Below, piece after piece: positions 47,940 to 58,174 of a DNA stretch of 64,000 bases. Where the stretch lies: positions 9,633 through 73,632 of the forward strand of contig VFGZ01000039.1 in assembly GCA_009392215.1 (NCBI GenBank). Direction: 5' to 3'. This stretch comes from SAR202 cluster bacterium. GTDB taxonomy: Bacteria; Chloroflexota; Dehalococcoidia; Lucifugimonadales; Lucifugimonadaceae. A program made the position numbers and the translations under genes. The notes under the pieces are model-generated. The model had not been told where the DNA came from and did no database searches. It saw only the letters and a program-made list of their open reading frames with translations. The stretch's first letter is position 1; every line of letters starts with the position of its first letter.

Positions 47940-49157
47940 TTAATTTGCCAAAGAGAAGTTTCTCGCAGCTAACTGGGCAATATGTTGACCGATAACCAGC
48001 GAAGATGTGGCACCAGGAGAAGGAGCATTCAACACGTGGATAGCACGGTGTGATTCTTCAATCCTAAAATCGTCAATTAAATTGCCTGAACGATCGACAG
48101 CTTGTGCTCTCACACCAGAACCTGTTCCCGCAAGATCATCGGCAGATAATTCCGGGACTAGTTGTTGCAGACTGTCTAAAAATACTCCTTTTCGTAATGA
48201 TCTGTTGATTTCCCATAATCCTGTTTTCCACTCGCGGACACTCATTTTCCAGAAACCAGGGAAAGTTATGGTGCGCATAAAGTCATTTAACGAAAAATCA
48301 CGTTTGCGATAGCCTTCGCGTTTTGCTGCCAGTACTGCGTTAGGGCCTGCCTCTACCCAACCTTTCATTGTCTGAGTGAGGTGTACACCCAAAAAAGGGA
48401 AGGCGGGATCAGGCACAGGATATATAAGCCCTTTCACAAGAAATTCGCTTTCTTTTCTGAGCTTGTAATACTCTCCTCGGAAGGGAATTATTCTGAGATC
48501 TGTTTGCACCCCCATCGTTTCGGCTACTAGATCTGAATGCAGTCCTGCGCAATTTATTACACTTGAGCATTCATATTCTCCATTTTTGGTTTCAAGGATA
48601 GTGGTTGAACCTATTGCCCTTGATCCGGTCAAAGTAGAATTGAAGAAAATTTTTCCACCCAGTGATTTGACACGATCTGCATAGATTGCAGTTACATTAC
48701 GATAATCAACGATGCCGGTCCCGGGTGCATATAACGCCTTACGTGCCCTGACATGCGGTTCGATTTCTAACATTTCTTCTTGGTTGACAAATCTCAGTCC
48801 TTCGACTTGATTAGCTGTTCCACGTTCTTCAAGGGCTTGCAGGCGTTTTTCACCTGCGACATCTGTAGCAACAATGAGTTTTCCACAAGTTCTTACCGGT
48901 ATTTCGTTCTCTTGGCAAAACTGAGTCATTGATGCTCGTCCCGCCACACAAAACTTGGCTTTCAATGAACCAGGTTTATAGTAGATGCCTGAGTGTATGA
49001 CCCCAGAATTATGCCCGCTTTGCTGACTACCCTCTTTGCTGTCTTTTTCTAAAATGGCAAGATTGATATTTGGAAACTGCTCTAGCAATTTCATGCCCGT
49101 TGCCAATCCAATTATTCCGGCACCGATGATCACAATGTCATATTTAGTAGATGGCAC
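47940..49157 (-). CDS. lhgO: L-2-hydroxyglutarate oxidase
   Basis: GAGIIG, QSGHNSGVIHSGIYYKPGSLKA, PFRGEY, YPVPDP.FPFLGVH, GVRAQA, NAPSPGATSS. Confidence 0.92.
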   Translation of the reverse strand: MPSTKYDIVIIGAGIIGLATGMKLLEQFPNINLAILEKDSKEGSQQSGHNSGVIHSGIYYKPGSLKAKFCVAGRASMTQFCQENEIPVRTCGKLIVATDVAGEKRLQALEERGTANQVEGLRFVNQEEMLEIEPHVRARKALYAPGTGIVDYRNVTAIYADRVKSLGGKIFFNSTLTGSRAIGSTTILETKNGEYECSSVINCAGLHSDLVAETMGVQTDLRIIPFRGEYYKLRKESEFLVKGLIYPVPDPAFPFLGVHLTQTMKGWVEAGPNAVLAAKREGYRKRDFSLNDFMRTITFPGFWKMSVREWKTGLWEINRSLRKGVFLDSLQQLVPELSADDLAGTGSGVRAQAVDRSGNLIDDFRIEESHRAIHVLNAPSPGATSSLVIGQHIAQLAARNFSLAN

Positions 49158-49271
49158 TGGTTACTTGTTCCCGATTTAACCTAATATATATAGCAACTAT
49201 CATAGTCACGAACACTTTTTAACGCTCCGCTAAACCGCTTATATATCAAGGGAATCTGATAATTTTTGCTG

Positions 49272-50060
49272 ATGTCTGAAACCTCAAATAACAATCTAGG
49301 TACCAGGTCGGTCACTCTTTTTGCAACCTGCATGGTTGATCAAATCTCCCCTTCTGTTGGTGAAAGTACCGTTGAGGTTCTTGAGCACCTCGGTCTCGAC
49401 GTGAAATTTCTCGACGAACAAACTTGCTGTGGGCAGCCTGCATTTAACAGCGGGTTTCGCTCAGAATCTGAACCTGTAGCCCAACGGTTTCTGGAACTTT
49501 TCGAAAAAGTTGATGGTCCAATAATCGTACCTTCGGGATCATGCGCAGCTATGGTTAGAAATTTTTACGCCGATCTATTCAGGCATGATAAAGGTCTTGT
49601 AGAGCGGGCAAGAACTTTGAGTGAACGGCTTTATGAATTCACAGAGTTCATTCACCGTTTTTTCGGATCTGACGCTATTACCGGCATATGTGATGATCGA
49701 GTCACATATCACAAATGTTGCCATCTATTGCGTGAAGTTGGAATTGATGAGCAGCCCATCGAAATGCTTTCTAACATTGAAGGTCTCAAGATGGTGCAGA
49801 TGAATCGATCTGATGTTTGTTGCGGCTTTGGTGGAGCCTTTTCAGTGAAAATGCCAGATATATCATCTGCCATTTTGGACGAGAAACTCGACAATATTGA
49901 AGCAACTAAAGCGAATCGTGTAGTGGCCGGAGATATCGGATGCATTTTCCAGATCCAAGGAGGTCTTAGGCGTCGGGGATCAACCACACGGGTACTTCAT
50001 CTCGCAGAAATTCTTTCCGAATCTATTCGCAACGCCAAAACAGGAAAGGTTACTGAGTGA
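49272..50060 (+). CDS. lutA: Lactate utilization protein A (CCG-domain Fe-S protein)
   Basis: LFATC..D, QTCCGQPAFNSG, PSGSC, YH..CH, CCGFGG.FSVK. Confidence 0.9.
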   Translation: MSETSNNNLGTRSVTLFATCMVDQISPSVGESTVEVLEHLGLDVKFLDEQTCCGQPAFNSGFRSESEPVAQRFLELFEKVDGPIIVPSGSCAAMVRNFYADLFRHDKGLVERARTLSERLYEFTEFIHRFFGSDAITGICDDRVTYHKCCHLLREVGIDEQPIEMLSNIEGLKMVQMNRSDVCCGFGGAFSVKMPDISSAILDEKLDNIEATKANRVVAGDIGCIFQIQGGLRRRGSTTRVLHLAEILSESIRNAKTGKVTE

Positions 50061-51493
50061 AACCTCTCACCATTAACTTTCGTTCAAAAGCCGCTCAAAC
50101 AATCGGTGATGAACAGGTTCAGAATTCGTTAGAACATGTTTACACAGGTTTTTACCGGGGAAGGCTTAACGCTGCCGCCGATACCCATAATTGGGAAGAA
50201 CTACGTACTAAGGGTAAGGCTATAAAAGACCATACCATCGCTCACTTAGATCATTATTTGGAGATGTTCAGCGAAAAGGTCGAGGAAAACGGTGGGAATG
50301 TTTTTTTTGCCGACAACGCTGATGAAGCTCGCCAGTACATCACCGAATTAGCCACAGATCGTGATATTGAAACGGTTATCAAGTCGAAATCCATGGTTTC
50401 AGAAGAGATGGCTCTGGCCGAAAATATGAATGAATCAGGATTTGAAACAATAGAAACTGATCTTGGGGAATACATTATTCAACTAGCCGGAGAGACCCCG
50501 TATCACCTGATTGCGCCAGCAGTGCATAAATCCCGTAAGGATGTAGCAGAATTATTGGACAAGGATTTTGCGGATGGAGATCGAGTCCCTGATGCGACGG
50601 AGTTGACTATGCTGGCTAGAAAACAGCTCCGGGATGTTTTCGCTCGCGCTGACATGTCTGTGACTGGTGTGAACTTTGCTGTAGCAGAGTCAGGCTCTAT
50701 CGTCCTTGTAACCAACGAAGGCAACGGAAGAATGTCGACAAGTGTTCCTCGAGTTCACGTTGCTGTCATGGGTATGGAGAAAATCATACCGTCAATTCAA
50801 GATCTTAGTACTATGCTGAGAATTCTTATAAGGTCGGCAACTGGTCAGCGTATTTCCACATATGTGACGATGGTAAACGGTCCTAAAACACCCGACGAAG
50901 AAGAAGGACCTGAAGAATTTCACGTAGTGATTATGAACAATGGTCGTCATAAACTTCTTAAAGATCCGTTTCTACGAGAGTCTTTGAATTGCATTCGTTG
51001 TGGAGCATGTTTAAATGCCTGCCCGGTATATCGGAAGGTTGGAGGACATGCTTATGGATGGGTTTATCCAGGGCCAATAGGCGCTATCGTAACGCCTGTA
51101 ATAACGGGTCTCAAGGATGCCAATAATCTACCGGCTGCTTCATCATTATGTGGAGCCTGTCATGAAGCATGTCCCGTTAAAATAAACATTCCCCGAATGC
51201 TATTAGAACTTAGACACAAAACAGCCGAAGGCTCTTCCGATCCTAATGAACGGACGTCTAAATTCGCTGAACGTGCTATTTGGAAGGCATGGCGAACAGG
51301 GATGATGGGGCGAGGTCGTTTCGATTGGGGAGCACGTCTAGCGTATCTGTTAATGCGACCGTTTTCCATCAACGGTTGGATCAAAAAGGCTCCGCCGCCT
51401 ATCTCAGGTTGGACGTTGTCGCGCGACTTCCCATTGATCGCTGGTGAATCTTTGAAATCTCGACTTAACCGTCGGCGCAAAAAGGACATTTGA
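50057..51493 (+). CDS. lutB: Lactate utilization protein B (LUD domain plus 4Fe-4S)
   Basis: KSKSMVSEE, ETDLGEYIIQL, VTNEGN, CIRCGACLNACPVY, YPGPIG, LCGACHEACPVKI. Confidence 0.93.
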   Translation: MKPLTINFRSKAAQTIGDEQVQNSLEHVYTGFYRGRLNAAADTHNWEELRTKGKAIKDHTIAHLDHYLEMFSEKVEENGGNVFFADNADEARQYITELATDRDIETVIKSKSMVSEEMALAENMNESGFETIETDLGEYIIQLAGETPYHLIAPAVHKSRKDVAELLDKDFADGDRVPDATELTMLARKQLRDVFARADMSVTGVNFAVAESGSIVLVTNEGNGRMSTSVPRVHVAVMGMEKIIPSIQDLSTMLRILIRSATGQRISTYVTMVNGPKTPDEEEGPEEFHVVIMNNGRHKLLKDPFLRESLNCIRCGACLNACPVYRKVGGHAYGWVYPGPIGAIVTPVITGLKDANNLPAASSLCGACHEACPVKINIPRMLLELRHKTAEGSSDPNERTSKFAERAIWKAWRTGMMGRGRFDWGARLAYLLMRPFSINGWIKKAPPPISGWTLSRDFPLIAGESLKSRLNRRRKKDI

Positions 51494-52242
51494 TGACCGC
51501 TAAGGTCCGTTTCATTAATCAGGTGACTAAAGCTTTAGGTCGAACAAAGATAATTCGTCCTAAGGAAAATTATGCCACGGCAATTTTTGAAGATAGGAAT
51601 CTGGCGAGTTCCAAAGCTGCGCAGGCACTCGAGGATGCCAAGGCGATGACGACAACATTGATTGACCAGATGGTTGAATCGGCTGATGAGGCTGGATGGA
51701 AAGTTCACCGTACAGACAATTTTGAAGAATCTGCTGAGCTTATTGTCAGTATTTGTGAAACCCATCGCGCTAAATTTGTTTTACGCTCTGCGCACAGTGT
51801 CTTAACTGATATTCCATTAGACAGCGCTTTGAGTGCATCTGGAACGGTTTTGGAGATAACAGAACATTCATCAAAAGGTAGTAATCAACAGATTGAGAAA
51901 TCCAAGTCTGCGGCTTTCAATGCAGACGTGGGAATCACGGGTGTAGATTATGCCATCGCCGAAACAGGGACAGTTGTACTACACCCACGTGCAGGAGTTT
52001 CAAGGCTTCTATCCTTGGCACCACCAACCCATATAGCAGTACTGCGTCCTGGGGATGTTTTAGCGTCCCTTGACGAGTTATTTGCCATTCAAAGGGGCGA
52101 TTTCCTAAATGGGAAACTTCAAGGTTCTATGAATCTGATATCCGGTCCTAGTAAAACCGCGGATATCGAAGGTACAACCGTCACGGGGATACACGGACCA
52201 CTGGAAGTCCATCTGATCATCGTTGAAAATGATCAATATTGA
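51493..52242 (+). CDS. lutC: Lactate utilization protein C (LUD domain)
   Basis: GIT...AIAETGT, SL.PPTHIAV, ISGPSKTADIE...GIHGP. Confidence 0.9.
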   Translation: MTAKVRFINQVTKALGRTKIIRPKENYATAIFEDRNLASSKAAQALEDAKAMTTTLIDQMVESADEAGWKVHRTDNFEESAELIVSICETHRAKFVLRSAHSVLTDIPLDSALSASGTVLEITEHSSKGSNQQIEKSKSAAFNADVGITGVDYAIAETGTVVLHPRAGVSRLLSLAPPTHIAVLRPGDVLASLDELFAIQRGDFLNGKLQGSMNLISGPSKTADIEGTTVTGIHGPLEVHLIIVENDQY

Positions 52243-52244
52243 AC

Positions 52245-53381
52245 CTACGATTTTAGGTCAACAGCGCGACAGGCTTCTTCAGTCGCAATAGCAACAAGTC
52301 TCTTGGTATCTTCCATCGCCGCTTTTAATGACATTGGTCGATTGACGAGACTAAAAACGGCATCAATTCCGTGTTGGTGAACTTCTCTGAATCCAGCACC
52401 AAGTGAGCCCGCTATACCGATAACTGGAGTGCCATGCTTTTTTGCCCGTTGAGCAACAGCTACCGGTGATTTATTGAAAACTGTGGATCTGTCAAATTGA
52501 CCTTCCCCCACGATGACTAGGTCTGCATCTACAAGGTGTTCTTCCAGAGAAACAGATTCCAACACGATGTCCGCCCCGAGTCGCAACCGCGCATCAAAAA
52601 ATCCCATCAAACCAGCACCAAGGCCACCGGATGCACCAGCGCCAGGTATTTCAGCAACGTCAGTGTGCAAGTCCTTTGCAATCACATTGGCATAATTGGC
52701 CAATGCCGCATCAAGTTCCTGGACATCTTCAAACGTGGCTCCTTTTTGAGGACCGAAAATAGCTGAAGCACCACGCGGACCGCAAAGAGGATTGTTTACG
52801 TCGCAAGCGACCACTATATCCGCGTTATGCATACGCGGATCCATGCTCGAAAGATCAATTGTAGCCAGACGTGAAAGGGCGATTCCACCGCGTGGTAATT
52901 CTTCCCCGTTTTCGTCAGTGAGCTTCCCACCCATGGCCTGAATCATTCCTGCCCCACCGTCGTTTGTCGCGCTTCCGCCCACGCCGATGATGAAATTACT
53001 GAATCCCGCATCAAGGGCTTCAATGAATAGTTGTCCAATACCAAAAGTGGAAGCATGACGAACATCTCGTTCTTCAGGGTTCAAACGAGCAAGACCCACC
53101 GCGTTCGCAATTTCAATCACTGCCGTGGATGCGTTTCCCAGCGCGCCCCATTCCGCCGTTATTGTTTGCCCGATAGCATTTTCAACCTTTGCAGTGCGCA
53201 CTTCACCGCCTGAACTATCCACTAAAGCCTGCAAGGTGCCATCTCCACCGTCTGCAACGGGAATTAATACCGTTTTGGCTTCCGGCCACACGCGTTTCAC
53301 GCCCAAAGACATAGCTTCGGCGATCTCCATGCCTGAGAGACTCTCTTTGAAACCTTGAGGTGCTATAACGATTTTTTTCAT
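52245..53381 (-). CDS. glxK: Glycerate kinase (GlxK/GarK family)
   Basis: IAP..FKESL, PVADGGDG, GGSATNDGG.G, CDVNNPL.G..GA..FGPQKGA, GA.GGLG, GEG..D. Confidence 0.9.
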   Translation of the reverse strand: MKKIVIAPQGFKESLSGMEIAEAMSLGVKRVWPEAKTVLIPVADGGDGTLQALVDSSGGEVRTAKVENAIGQTITAEWGALGNASTAVIEIANAVGLARLNPEERDVRHASTFGIGQLFIEALDAGFSNFIIGVGGSATNDGGAGMIQAMGGKLTDENGEELPRGGIALSRLATIDLSSMDPRMHNADIVVACDVNNPLCGPRGASAIFGPQKGATFEDVQELDAALANYANVIAKDLHTDVAEIPGAGASGGLGAGLMGFFDARLRLGADIVLESVSLEEHLVDADLVIVGEGQFDRSTVFNKSPVAVAQRAKKHGTPVIGIAGSLGAGFREVHQHGIDAVFSLVNRPMSLKAAMEDTKRLVAIATEEACRAVDLKS

Positions 53382-53491
53382 GTTCAAAATTATAGCCAGT
53401 TACCAGCACTACTCATATCAGATTGTATGGGTTAACCGTTTAGTCACTGCTAAACTCACACCGTTCATTTAAATCTCCACTATTCAATATC

Positions 53492-54817
53492 ATGACCGAC
53501 ACTAACGTTATAAAAACAATTTTTTCAAACGCTATCGACGGAAGAATAGATGAGGTCAAACGGCTCACTCTAGATATCTTGCACCATCCCGAAACTGGTT
53601 ATAGAGAATACCGGACATCCCGATTGGTTGCTGATTGGTTTCGAACGAATGGATTTCACGTTCAGACAAATGTAGCCAAAACAGGGGTGATAGCGACAAT
53701 TGAAACAGGGAGGGCGGGTCCTCATGTTGCGGTGCTGGGCGAACTGGATGCATTGATAGTTCCTGAGCATATATACGCGGCCCACGAAACGGGCGCAGCG
53801 CATGCCTGTGGGCATCACGCCCAAATAGGTTCAATGATAACCGTTGCAGCTGGATTGCTTACTGAATCTGTTATCAAAACTCTAACCGGCAAAATTAGTT
53901 TCATGGCCACACCTGCAGAGGAATACATAGAACTGGGCTATCGTCAAACATTGGTTGACAACGGTGAAATAGAATTTTTTGGAGGCAAACAAGAATTCAT
54001 CAAACTTGGCTTTTTTGACAGTGTAGATATCGCGATGCTTACTCATACGGGCAGTGAAATCGCTGGAACCTTAGGAATTGGTGGCTCTAATAATGGAATG
54101 GTTGGTAAAACCGTTAGGTACTTAGGTAAAGCGGCACACGCCGGCGGTGCACCTCATCTTGGAATCAACTCATTAAATGCAGCACATCTGGCGTTAGCCG
54201 CTATTCATGCACAACGAGAAACGTTCCGCGAGTCAGATACGGTTAGAGTTCATCCAATTATCACTAAAGGCGGAAGTGCGGTTAATTCTGTTCCCAGTGA
54301 TGTCAGAATTGAAACATATGTCAGAGCATCTAATGTTCCAGCGATCTTAGTAACGTCTCAGAAGATCGATCGAGCATTTAGAGCTGGAGCACTTGCCACA
54401 GGAGCTGCTGTCGAAATCACCACAAATCCGGGATATTTACCGGCCAAATATGATTCCGCTTTAACGGAACTGTATCGCCTGAATGCATCGTCATTGATTG
54501 GTCACGACAACATCATCCAACTCAATCATGGGACTGGATGTACTGATATGGGAGACGTCAGCCAAATTATTCCCGCGATACAGCCAACCGCTAACGCAAC
54601 CACTGGAAGTGGGCACGGGGTGGATTATCGGGTTGAAAACTATGAACTGGCTATAACCAAAGCAGGGAAAGCCATGGGCATGACATTGATTGATCTGTTA
54701 ACAGCAGATGGTGCAAAAGCTAGGGATATAGCGGGTTCATTTGATGCCCCGATGACAATTCGCGATTACCTGCATCGAATGCGCAGTTTTCGTTCTCGCT
54801 CCACTTATCAGGAATAA
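53492..54817 (+). CDS. M20 family amidohydrolase
   Basis: PETGY.E, ELDAL, HACGH, PAEE, AHAG..PH.GIN, TDMGD. Confidence 0.9.
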   Translation: MTDTNVIKTIFSNAIDGRIDEVKRLTLDILHHPETGYREYRTSRLVADWFRTNGFHVQTNVAKTGVIATIETGRAGPHVAVLGELDALIVPEHIYAAHETGAAHACGHHAQIGSMITVAAGLLTESVIKTLTGKISFMATPAEEYIELGYRQTLVDNGEIEFFGGKQEFIKLGFFDSVDIAMLTHTGSEIAGTLGIGGSNNGMVGKTVRYLGKAAHAGGAPHLGINSLNAAHLALAAIHAQRETFRESDTVRVHPIITKGGSAVNSVPSDVRIETYVRASNVPAILVTSQKIDRAFRAGALATGAAVEITTNPGYLPAKYDSALTELYRLNASSLIGHDNIIQLNHGTGCTDMGDVSQIIPAIQPTANATTGSGHGVDYRVENYELAITKAGKAMGMTLIDLLTADGAKARDIAGSFDAPMTIRDYLHRMRSFRSRSTYQE

Positions 54818-54822
54818 TCTAT

Positions 54823-56169
54823 ATGAACGTGCCAAATTTGGATGAATTGCGATCTACTGTAAGTCGATTGATTGATGAATCTAGCGAAGACATGATTGCT
54901 GCGGCCAAGTCTGTGTACGCTATGCCCGAAACCGGTTTCAACGAACACAAAACTTCGAGATTCGCACAAAAAAAATTACAACAATTGAATCTAACCGTTG
55001 AGACAGGGATAGCCATAACCGGACTGAAGGCTGTGATCGAAGGGAATAAACCTGGCCCGACAATTGCCGTGATAGCAGAACTCGACGCACTAAGGGTCCC
55101 ATCTCATCCTGGGGCTGATAGCAATTCTGGGGCGGCGCATGCCTGTGGGCACCATGTACAAATCGGGGCATTGCTGGGAGTGGCCACAGCGCTGGTTAAT
55201 CCTGAGGTCAAACATTCGATTTCAGGTAATGTTGTTTTTATTTTGACACCAGCTGAAGAATTCATCGATATCGAGGAGCGATTAGTTAGAAGAAAGAATG
55301 GTGAAATAGAGTTTTTGTCCGGCAAACAAGAAATGATTCGTTTGGGAGCATTCGATGGAATAGATATGGCAATGATGATCCATGCTTCAAATGACGATGG
55401 TAAAGGAACTTTCACTGTCGGTGGCACAACGAATGCTCATGTAACACACCAGGTTCGCTACATGGGAAAATCTGCACATGCTGGTGGTGCACCGCACAAA
55501 GGAATTAATGCATTACAAGCCGCAATGATTGCCAACGCAGCAATAAACACCCAAAGAGAAACCTTGCCAGAAGATTATGTCGCAAGAGTCCATGGAATCA
55601 TCTCAAGCGGAGGCACTTCGGTTAATGCTGTCCCCGACGAGGTGCTCTATGAAGGCCGTGTTAGAGCTGGATCGATTGATGCTTTACGTTTAGTAGAAGA
55701 GAAAGTGATTAATTGTTATAAAGCTGGCGCTTTGGCAATGGGTGCTACGGTTGAGATCCAAAGAGTCGCCGGATATCACCCTCTCACTCAAAGCGATACG
55801 ATGGAAAAAATATTTATCGAAAGCACAAACCAATTATTCAAGCAACATCCCGTCATATCCGAGCCCAGAGATCGGAACTATGGGGGATCAACCGATATGG
55901 GAGATCTGAGTAAAATAATGCCGGTTATACATCCGTACACTAAATCCGCTTCGGGTATTGGCCATGGTGAGGATTACATTATTGAGGATTACAACACGGC
56001 AGTGGTCTCTTCTGCAAAAGCCATGGCGGCAACTGTACTCACACTGCTACATGACGATGGACTAAAGGCCAAAGAAACGCTAAACAAATTCCAGCCTTAT
56101 TTCAGCCCGAGCCAGTACGTGAAATATCAACGTGAGCGTTTCACCACGACTATTTATCGATCTGAGTAA
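54823..56169 (+). CDS. M20 family amidohydrolase (tandem paralog)
   Basis: PETGF.E, ELDAL, HACGH, PAEE, AHAGGAPH.GINAL, STDMGD. Confidence 0.9.
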   Translation: MNVPNLDELRSTVSRLIDESSEDMIAAAKSVYAMPETGFNEHKTSRFAQKKLQQLNLTVETGIAITGLKAVIEGNKPGPTIAVIAELDALRVPSHPGADSNSGAAHACGHHVQIGALLGVATALVNPEVKHSISGNVVFILTPAEEFIDIEERLVRRKNGEIEFLSGKQEMIRLGAFDGIDMAMMIHASNDDGKGTFTVGGTTNAHVTHQVRYMGKSAHAGGAPHKGINALQAAMIANAAINTQRETLPEDYVARVHGIISSGGTSVNAVPDEVLYEGRVRAGSIDALRLVEEKVINCYKAGALAMGATVEIQRVAGYHPLTQSDTMEKIFIESTNQLFKQHPVISEPRDRNYGGSTDMGDLSKIMPVIHPYTKSASGIGHGEDYIIEDYNTAVVSSAKAMAATVLTLLHDDGLKAKETLNKFQPYFSPSQYVKYQRERFTTTIYRSE

Positions 56170-56195
56170 CGAAAAACGAACAGTTCCGGTCCAAC

Positions 56196-56225
56196 CAAGT
56201 TAAATTGTTCGGCTAATTTAGCTTG
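56196..56225. terminator. Hairpin between convergent M20 and gmk genes
   Basis: CAAGTTAAATT-N8-AATTTAGCTTG 11-bp stem. Confidence 0.5.
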
Positions 56226-56243
56226 TAAAACGGTTATGGATTG

Positions 56244-56873
56244 TTAAAAACTAATCTCTCGCGGCTCTCCTATCAAAGATTCCGTTTCAATGATTTCTAT
56301 CACACGATTTACTGCTTGATCAAGTTGGTGTTCTTTGTTTGTCACAGTGAAATCGAATTGTTCAGCTTGGCTGATCTCTTGTGTAGCAGCAAGCAACCGT
56401 TTGTTCATTTCAATTTCTGTATCGACACCCCGGTTTTTGAGACGGGATCGAAGAACATCCAAAGATGGTGGGAGTATGAAGATCAGAAGTGCCTCAGAAA
56501 TTATCTCTTTTAGGCGTTTTGCGCCCTGTACGTCCACACGAATGATGACATGTTTACCAGCTGTAAGAGCATCACGGACTTGCGCTTTAGGCACACCATA
56601 ATAATTATCGTACACCTGGGCCCATTCAAGCAATTTGTTGCATTGTATTAAGTCTTTGAAATAATCAACCGAAACGAAATTATGGTTGATTCCTTCTTTT
56701 TCCCCTGGTCGGGGCGAACGAGTGGTGGTTGTGACAACGAAGTGAAATCCCAAACGTTTTGAATCAATCATCTGATCGATGATCACATCTTTTCCTACTC
56801 CCGAAGGCCCTGAGATTACAACCACTAGAGGCTTTTCGGTTGATCCTCGTTCGTTATCCAACCAGTCCGCCAA
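56244..56873 (-). CDS. gmk: Guanylate kinase
   Basis: SGPSGVGK, TTR.PRPGE..G, LEWA.VY.NYYG, DVQGA, IFI.PPS. Confidence 0.95.
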   Translation of the reverse strand: MADWLDNERGSTEKPLVVVISGPSGVGKDVIIDQMIDSKRLGFHFVVTTTTRSPRPGEKEGINHNFVSVDYFKDLIQCNKLLEWAQVYDNYYGVPKAQVRDALTAGKHVIIRVDVQGAKRLKEIISEALLIFILPPSLDVLRSRLKNRGVDTEIEMNKRLLAATQEISQAEQFDFTVTNKEHQLDQAVNRVIEIIETESLIGEPREISF

Positions 56874-58164
56874 GTTCTCTTATAGTTTGCCAAAATCCTG
56901 GGTAGGAAATTGCAGCCACATCAGGGTCTGAGATCGTGATTGGATGCTCAGATATCAACCCGGCTATGCCTAAACTCATTGCAAGCCTATGATCGTCATA
57001 GCTTTGGAAGCAACCGCCGTTAATTTTTTGATTCCCCTCAATGATCATGCCGTCCGCAGTGCCTTCAATGTTAATGCCTGCCGATCTCAGCCAAGATACG
57101 CTCGATTCGATACGATCAGACTCTTTTACTCTTAATTCTTGAGCATCTTTTATAACGGTCTCGCCGTCTGCCACAGACGCGGCTACCGCTATGACGGGTA
57201 TTTCATCAATTAGTAGTGGCACTGTTTCACCCGATAATTCGATACCCTTAAGGTCGCTTGTTCGTATCAAAACATCTGCAACAGGCTCGCCAGCAACTTG
57301 TCGTTCATCCGTCAACTCCACCTGAGCGTTCATCATGTTAAGTGCAGTGAGGATTCCAGTTCGAGTTGGATTCACTCCTACATTTCGTATCAGTAATTCG
57401 GCATCGGGATGGCATGCTGCCGCAATCATCCAGAAAGCCGCACTGCTTATGTCGCCCGGCACCTCAACGTCAATGGTTTCTAATTCGGAGGGTTGGAGAA
57501 TTAGGTCTAATCCTTCTTTTTTCAGTTCTGCTCCCATGGACGAAAGCATTCGTTCAGTATGATCTCTCGATTCAGCAGGTTGAGAAAGTCTGGTTATTCC
57601 ATCTGCTCGCAAGCCTGCTAATAAGAGACATGATTTCAGTTGCGCCGAAGCAACCGGCATCTTGTAATTGATGCCTTTCAGATAACCCCCATGAAAAATC
57701 AGAGGGGCCAATGTGTTATTAGCACGACCGGAAATTTTGGCTCCCATGTTTGTTAATGGGTTCACCACGCGGCCCATTGGTCGAGTTTTCAGCGATTGAT
57801 CGCCGGTAAGTACAGATAAAAAACTCTGACCGGCGAGTATTCCAGCCAACAAACGGGTGGTTGTGCCACTATTACCTGCATCTAAAATATCGGCAGGTTC
57901 CACCAGACCTTGCAAACCGACACCTTTGACCGTAAGACTATCTCCAACCGCGTTACCACCTGGCTCGCGAGTTATCTCCACCCCTAAGGCACTCATTATT
58001 TGTTCGGTGGATGAGCAGTCAGCGCCAGGGGAAAAATTTGTAATTTGTGCGGTTCCGCTATCGGATAGGGAGTTGAAAATAACGGCCCTGTGCGAGACCG
58101 ATTTGTCTCCGGGAGAGATAATCTCACCACGAAGTGAACGGGGTCGTGTGATGGTAACTGACAT
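56854..58164 (-). CDS. aroA: EPSP synthase
   Basis: PGDKSVSHRA, GNSGTTTRL, RPM, ASAQLKS, RDHTE, IDEIP, ELRVKESDR, DHRLAM. Confidence 0.97.
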   Translation of the reverse strand: MSVTITRPRSLRGEIISPGDKSVSHRAVIFNSLSDSGTAQITNFSPGADCSSTEQIMSALGVEITREPGGNAVGDSLTVKGVGLQGLVEPADILDAGNSGTTTRLLAGILAGQSFLSVLTGDQSLKTRPMGRVVNPLTNMGAKISGRANNTLAPLIFHGGYLKGINYKMPVASAQLKSCLLLAGLRADGITRLSQPAESRDHTERMLSSMGAELKKEGLDLILQPSELETIDVEVPGDISSAAFWMIAAACHPDAELLIRNVGVNPTRTGILTALNMMNAQVELTDERQVAGEPVADVLIRTSDLKGIELSGETVPLLIDEIPVIAVAASVADGETVIKDAQELRVKESDRIESSVSWLRSAGINIEGTADGMIIEGNQKINGGCFQSYDDHRLAMSLGIAGLISEHPITISDPDVAAISYPGFWQTIRELGGLVG

Positions 58165-58174
58165 CTGATTCCTA

